Assembly: GCA_046726415.1 (NCBI GenBank)
Contig: JBKPAK010000034.1
Coordinates: 1-11,313, forward strand
From: Candidatus Methylomirabilota bacterium
Lineage (GTDB): Bacteria > Methylomirabilota > Methylomirabilia > Rokubacteriales > CSP1-6
Length of the DNA stretch: 11,313 nt
Reading direction: 5' to 3'
In this document: in pieces, positions 6,609-11,313 of the stretch
How positions within the stretch are numbered: position 1 is the first letter of the stretch
How the letters are laid out: each line of letters starts with the position of its first letter
Made by a program: the position numbers and the translations under genes
Notes under the pieces: model-generated
Database searches by the model: none
What the model was told of the DNA's origin: nothing
What the model saw: the letters and a program-made list of their open reading frames with translations, nothing else

Positions 6609-8218
6609 TGACGCGGGGTGGGGTTACCAATGCCGATCTCCTCGTGCAGACCTTGCGCGCGGCCGGGATCACGCACGGCTTCGGGATCCCGAGCGGAAAC
6701 GTCCTGCCGCTGCTCGAGGCGATGCGCACCGGCGGACTGCCCTTCGTCCTCACGGCCCACGAGGGATCCGCGGCCTTCGCCGCCGACGTGATGAGCCGGC
6801 TCAACGGCGCACCGGGCCTGTGCATCGCCACCCTCGGCCCCGGAGCGACCAACCTCACCACCGGAGTTGGCAACGCCTATCTCGACCGCTCGCCGCTCCT
6901 GGCTATCACGTGCAACGTTCCGACGGCACAGCGTGGCCGCCGCATCCAGATGGCCATCGACCACCACGCGCTGTTCCTGCCCATTGCCAAGGCCAGCCTC
7001 GCCTTGCGGCGCGGGCGCGTTGCCTCCGTCCTGGCCGAGGCCCTCGAGATCGCGCTCAGCGAGCCGCCCGGGCCCGTCCACCTCGACCTGCCCGAGGACG
7101 TGGCCGTGGCGCCGGCCACGGAAGAGGTCCCGGCCATTCCCGTCGGACGCCCTCGTCGCCCGGCGCTCGAGTCCGCGATCCAGCGCGCCGGAGAGCTGCT
7201 GCGCGAGGCGCGGCGGCCGATTGTCGTCGTCGGCGCCTCCGCCATGCGGCTCAGGAATCCGGATCTGCTGCGCGAGGTGGTGGAACGACACGGTCTGCCC
7301 TTCGCGTCCACCACAATGGCCAAGGGACTCGTCGATGAGGATCACCCCCTGGCCCTCGGTTGTATCGAGCGGGCACGGCGCCAGGTGCAGCGCGCATTCC
7401 TCCGGACCGCGGATCTCGTGCTCGCTCTCGGCTATGACGTGGTGGAAGTGGAATACGAGGCGTGGATCGGCCGGGTCCCGCTCCTCGCGGTGGACGTCGA
7501 TCCCGTCGAAGCCGATCCGAGCGTGGTCGTGGCGCACGAGGTGATCGGAGACCTCGACGCGTCGCTCGAGCGCCTCGCCCAACTCGCGCCACTGCCGCAT
7601 GACTGGCCGCCCGAGGCCGCCGGGCAGCAGCGGGAGCGCTTTCAGCGGTCGCTGCGGCCAGCCGCCGCTGGCTTCGCGCCCCATCAGGCCATCGATACCG
7701 TGCGCGCGGCACTGCCACGTCACGGCATCCTCGCCTTCGATGTCGGCGCCCACACCCATCAGATCGCCAGTCAATGGACCGCTTACGCGGCGCGCACCTT
7801 CCTGATCACGAATGGCTGGTCGTCGATGGGATTTGGCATCCCGGCGGCCATCGCCGCGAAGATGGCTCGGCCAGAGCAGCCGGTGGTCGGCATCGTGGGC
7901 GACGGATGCTTTCAGATGACCTGCGGCGAGGTGGCGGTGGCGCGACGACTCGGGCTGTCGCTTCCGATCGTCGTCCTGAACGATGGCTGGCTCGCGCTCA
8001 TCCAGGTCAAGCAACATCGCCGTCGTCTGGACATCTACGGGACCGAGGTGGGCCGCGCGGAGCCCCCCGCTCACTACTTCGGCGTCCCCACCGCCAGTGC
8101 CCGTACACCCGAGGAGCTCGCGAAGGCGCTGCGCGAGGCCCTGGCCGCCGACGGGCCGACCGTCATTGAAGCGTTCGTGGACCCGAGCCCCTACCTGGAG
8201 ACGGTCTACGACGACTAG
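6608..8218 (+). CDS. ThDP-binding enzyme, acetolactate synthase large-subunit-like (536 aa; substrate unknown)
   Basis: FGIPSG, LTAHEGSAAFAA (catalytic Glu), TLGPGATNLTTGVGNAYLDRSP, PGPVHLDLPED, SSMGFGIPAAIAAK, ThDP motif GDGCF-x-LND. The track's start at 6527 overlaps the divergent gene, so ATG 6608 is preferred. No small regulatory subunit or ilv genes adjacent. Confidence 0.9.
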   Translation: MTRGGVTNADLLVQTLRAAGITHGFGIPSGNVLPLLEAMRTGGLPFVLTAHEGSAAFAADVMSRLNGAPGLCIATLGPGATNLTTGVGNAYLDRSPLLAITCNVPTAQRGRRIQMAIDHHALFLPIAKASLALRRGRVASVLAEALEIALSEPPGPVHLDLPEDVAVAPATEEVPAIPVGRPRRPALESAIQRAGELLREARRPIVVVGASAMRLRNPDLLREVVERHGLPFASTTMAKGLVDEDHPLALGCIERARRQVQRAFLRTADLVLALGYDVVEVEYEAWIGRVPLLAVDVDPVEADPSVVVAHEVIGDLDASLERLAQLAPLPHDWPPEAAGQQRERFQRSLRPAAAGFAPHQAIDTVRAALPRHGILAFDVGAHTHQIASQWTAYAARTFLITNGWSSMGFGIPAAIAAKMARPEQPVVGIVGDGCFQMTCGEVAVARRLGLSLPIVVLNDGWLALIQVKQHRRRLDIYGTEVGRAEPPAHYFGVPTASARTPEELAKALREALAADGPTVIEAFVDPSPYLETVYDD

Positions 8219-8247
8219 CCTCGCCCGTGGCGACCGCGATCGCGAAG

Positions 8248-8317
8248 CGGATTCGAGCCGTCAGCGGGAGCGCCCGAAGAGCACCGGATTCGAGCCGTCA
8301 GCGGGAGCGCGCGAAGA
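8248..8317. repeat. Direct repeat, 2 x 33 bp with one mismatch, 37-bp period
   Basis: CGGATTCGAGCCGTCAGCGGGAGCGC(C/G)CGAAGA at 8248-8280 and 8285-8317, separated by GCAC. Confidence 0.95.
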
Positions 8318-8549
8318 CCAACCGGTAGAGCACCAAGAGCACGATGGCGCCCACAACCGACATGACGAAGCCGGCTGGCTGACCGGGCTGGTACATCCCG
8401 ACCGCCCGTCCGATCCACCCTCCCAGCAACGCGCCGACGATACCCAGGACGATGGTCAGGATGAAGCCGCCGGGATCATTCCCGGGCATCAGGAACTTCG
8501 CCACCACGCCCACGACCAGACCGAAGATGATCCAAACGATGATCTCCAT
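8298..8549 (-). CDS. GlsB/YeaQ/YmgE family (transglycosylase-associated) small membrane protein, 83 aa
   Basis: WIIFGLVVGVVAKFLMPG...TIVLGIVGALLGGWIG...SVVGAIVLLVLYRL, with three hydrophobic segments. SD AAGGAG 6 nt upstream of ATG 8549. Confidence 0.93.
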   Translation of the reverse strand: MEIIVWIIFGLVVGVVAKFLMPGNDPGGFILTIVLGIVGALLGGWIGRAVGMYQPGQPAGFVMSVVGAIVLLVLYRLVFARSR

Positions 8550-8834
8550 GACGTGCTCCTTTCAGGCCCTCGCGCGCCGCATCCTGGATGCCGCGGCCCG
8601 CCGGGCCTCCTGCGAGGATCTAACCGGTCAAGGCATTTTCGATCTAATCGAGATGCTCGGGCGATGCTCAGCTCTCGGCAGATCCCCGGATTGCTGCCTG
8701 CCGCGTTGCGCGCCACGGTCGCGTCCGTCAGGGCGGCGACGATCCCGTCCATGGAGTACGCCATGGCCATCGCCCGCTCGGCGCGGTTCTGAAGTTCGCG
8801 AGATCGATCGACGCTTATGAGATGAGTCTCCTGG

Positions 8835-9781
8835 CTAGCGGAAGGCCGGCAACACGCGCTCCCCGAACAGCCGCACCGTTTCGGGCTGGCCCCCGTCGGT
8901 GAACAGACAGATGAAGTAGGTGATGCCCTCGCCGATCTTGCGGCGGATGGTCTCGATGCAGCGGTCGGGGGTGCCGATGGTGGCGATGGCGTCCACGTCG
9001 CCAAAGAAGGCGAAGCGGCGGCGAGCATCCTCCAGCGGAGCATTGAGGGCCGCTTCCGTGGGCGCGATCACGACCAAATCCTGCAGCGACAGCTCCATGC
9101 TTCCGAAGTCGCGCCCCACGGCCCGGCAGTGCTCCCTGAGGAACGTCACCTTGCGCCCCAGCTGCGCGTAATGGCCGGCGGAGCAGTTCCAGATGTCGGC
9201 TTCCTCGGCGACCAGGCGCAGCATCATCCGCTCTCCGGCGCCGCCGATGATGATCGGCGGCCGTGGCGACTGGAGCGGATGCGGGCGGCAGATCCCGGCG
9301 TGAAGCCGGTAGTGCCGCCCATCGAAGTCCACGCGCTCCCCGGTCCACAGCCGCTTGATGATCTGAACGGCCTCGGCCAGCTGTTGGATGCGAATGCCGG
9401 GGCGGGGGAAGTCGAAGCCGTAGGCGCGATACTCGGCCTCATGCCAGCCGGCGCCTATGCCCAGCTCGAAGCGCCCGCCGCTGATGACGTCCAGAGTGGC
9501 GGCCATCTTGGCCAGGAGAGCCGGCGAACGGAAGGAGTTGCACAGGACGTTGCCTCCTAGCCGCACTCGCCGGGTGATCGCCGCGCAGGCGGTCAGCGTG
9601 GTCCACGACTCTAGAATGTCGCCGGTCGGGTCCGGAATGGCAAGCAGGTGATCGATGAAGTGGATCGAGTGGAAGCCGAGATCATCCGAGATTCGCGCCG
9701 ACTCGGCGATGCTCGTCCACTGATTGTCGGCCTGGCGCAGGAGGGCGCCGAAGGGACGGGAGGGACTGATACAGGAGACAT
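8835..9781 (-). pseudogene. LLM-class (luciferase-like) flavin/F420-dependent oxidoreductase with a 1-nt frameshift near the 5' end (pseudogene or sequence error)
   Basis: LLM-like sequence continues in frame upstream of the track's GTG 9566 (FGALLRQ...LGFHSIHFIDHLL...LESWTTLTACAAITRRVRLG), followed by RSPALLAKMAATLDVISGGRFELGIGAGW. No in-frame ATG/GTG/TTG before the in-frame stop at 9881-9879. ATG 9781 with SD GAGGAG is in another frame. Span is 947 nt = 3n+2. Confidence 0.8.
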
Positions 9782-9987
9782 CGCGGAAGCTCCTCTCGGC
9801 TGGCGGATGTCGACCGGGTCCGATGGTATCGTGCGGGAAGAAGGCGGACGCGAAGCGACGGAAGGGCGATGAACATCGTCAACCAGGGCCATGCCAGACG
9901 TCGACGCGTGGACGCCGGCGATTCCCGCGATCGACTTCGCCGCATCTCGTGTCGCGGGGGGCGGCAACCGGAGGTCGATGAGACCCG

Positions 9988-11313
9988 TCAGATCGGAGGC
10001 CGGCGCTCGCTCCACGGCCGCGCCTCCTCGAGCTGACTGGCCAGGCGGAAGAGGGTGGCCTCCTCGCCCCAGCGCGCGGTGAACATCAGGCCGACCGGTA
10101 GACCCGCGGCCGTCCAGGAGAGAGGCACGCTCATCGAGGGCTGGCCCGAGGCATTGAAGACTGGCGTGTAGGGGATGAAGGAGAAGGCTTCCCGCGCCCC
10201 GCGGTCGAGCGCGCCTAGCACTCGGAGCATGCCGCCGAGCGACAGCCGCGTGAGGACTCGCTGCACCAGCCCCTCAGGACCGCGCGGGAGCAAGGTGCCG
10301 AGGTGGATCGGCATCCGCGCCAAGGTTGGTGACAGCAGGACGTCGACGCGCTCGGCGTCCATGAAGGCAGCGATTCGACGCCCCGTGCTCTTGAGGTACC
10401 GGCACGCCACCGCGCACTCACCTGCGCTGAAGCTCTTCCCCAAGATGGCGAGGAGCCAGGTTCCCATCTCGAAGTCATTGGGCCGGGCCCGACGCCCGAC
10501 GATGCGCTCTGCCTCTCGAACGTCCGCCCACGTCTCGGCGGTGATCATCGTCAGAAAGGCCTTGGCGAACGCGCGCCCGTCGAGGGCCGGCCTTGCCTCG
10601 AAGACCTCGTGGCCGAGCTGGCGCAACAGTGTCACCGCGTCCTCGAGGGCCGCCTGGCAAGCTGGATCGACCTCGCGTGCTGGCAGGTAGGGTTCGGCAC
10701 TGAAGGCAATGCGAAGCCGGCCCGGGGAGCAGCCGACTTCGGCGAGAAAAGGTCGCTTGGGGGAGAGGGCGGCGTACGGCGCCCCGGCGTCCGGGCCGGC
10801 CGTCGCGTCGAGCATGGCGGCACTGTCGCGGACGCTGCGCGTCAGCACGTGATCCACCCCGAAGCCTTGCCACGGATCAGTGGCATCCGGACCGGATGGC
10901 GTGCGTCCGCGCGTGGGCTTGAGCCCGAAGATCCCGCAGCACGACGCCGGGATGCGGATCGACCCACCGCCATCGCCGCCGCCGGCCATGGGGACCATGC
11001 GCGCCGCCACCGCGGCCGCTGAGCCTCCCGACGAGCCGCCGGTCGTCCGCTTGAGATCCCACGGATTTCGCGAGGGGCCGAAGCGCAAGGGTTCTGTCGT
11101 CGGCAGAAGCCCCAGCTCCGGGGTGTTGGTCTTGCCCAGCACGATCACGCCCGATGCGAGGAACCGGCGCACCAGCTCGGAGTGATGAGGCGGTGACCAG
11201 TCACCGTAGAATCGGCTCCCGCTGCGCATCGGCGCGCCCGCGTATGCCGCCTGAAGATCCTTGAGGAGAAAGGGCACGCCCGCGAAGGGACCGTCGGGCA
11301 GGACGCCCTCGGC
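9988..11313 (-). CDS. Amidase-signature family amidase (6-aminohexanoate-cyclic-dimer hydrolase-like clade); 5' end lies outside the window
   Basis: Frame open to the window edge ([20 protein letters not shown]); [40 protein letters not shown]-terminal [14 protein letters not shown]. Stop TGA 9990-9988. Confidence 0.92.
   Translation of the reverse strand, partial: AEGVLPDGPFAGVPFLLKDLQAAYAGAPMRSGSRFYGDWSPPHHSELVRRFLASGVIVLGKTNTPELGLLPTTEPLRFGPSRNPWDLKRTTGGSSGGSAAAVAARMVPMAGGGDGGGSIRIPASCCGIFGLKPTRGRTPSGPDATDPWQGFGVDHVLTRSVRDSAAMLDATAGPDAGAPYAALSPKRPFLAEVGCSPGRLRIAFSAEPYLPAREVDPACQAALEDAVTLLRQLGHEVFEARPALDGRAFAKAFLTMITAETWADVREAERIVGRRARPNDFEMGTWLLAILGKSFSAGECAVACRYLKSTGRRIAAFMDAERVDVLLSPTLARMPIHLGTLLPRGPEGLVQRVLTRLSLGGMLRVLGALDRGAREAFSFIPYTPVFNASGQPSMSVPLSWTAAGLPVGLMFTARWGEEATLFRLASQLEEARPWSERRPPI

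Noticed and set aside
6608..8218. Assignment as ilvB/ilvI
   Set aside because: No small subunit or ilv cluster and divergent sequence; only the family is supportable.
8248..8317. Possible mini CRISPR array
   Set aside because: Only two repeats with a 4-nt spacer, one copy lies inside a gene, and there are no cas genes.

Overview
High-GC bacterial chromosomal window of accessory catabolic or housekeeping-type enzymes. I saw no mobile element, CRISPR array, rRNA or tRNA. Plus strand, 1-4282: a tightly coupled three-gene run encoding a 5'-truncated benzoylformate-decarboxylase-like ThDP enzyme, an amidase-signature amidase and an HsaA/C2-type flavin-dependent monooxygenase. Converging minus-strand run, 6564-4343: ketopantoate-reductase-family protein, SET/post-SET protein, NUDIX hydrolase. 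A second, acetolactate-synthase-like ThDP enzyme (6608-8218) diverges from that run across a 43-bp spacer with overlapping -10 boxes. Right-hand minus-strand run: a 5'-truncated amidase, a luciferase-like (LLM) oxidoreductase and a GlsB/YeaQ/YmgE small membrane protein. Main oddities: the LLM gene's SD-linked ATG is one base out of frame with its body; a 33-bp duplication covers the GlsB-like gene's 3' end; a coding-like relic lies at about 8620-8832; a perfect hairpin links the reductase stop to the SET start; and the SET motif reads DW rather than DY. The sequence alone does not demonstrate a novel system. The best candidates are the decarboxylase-amidase-monooxygenase operon and the reductase-SET-NUDIX unit. 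Family calls come from motif recognition by eye, not database searches.
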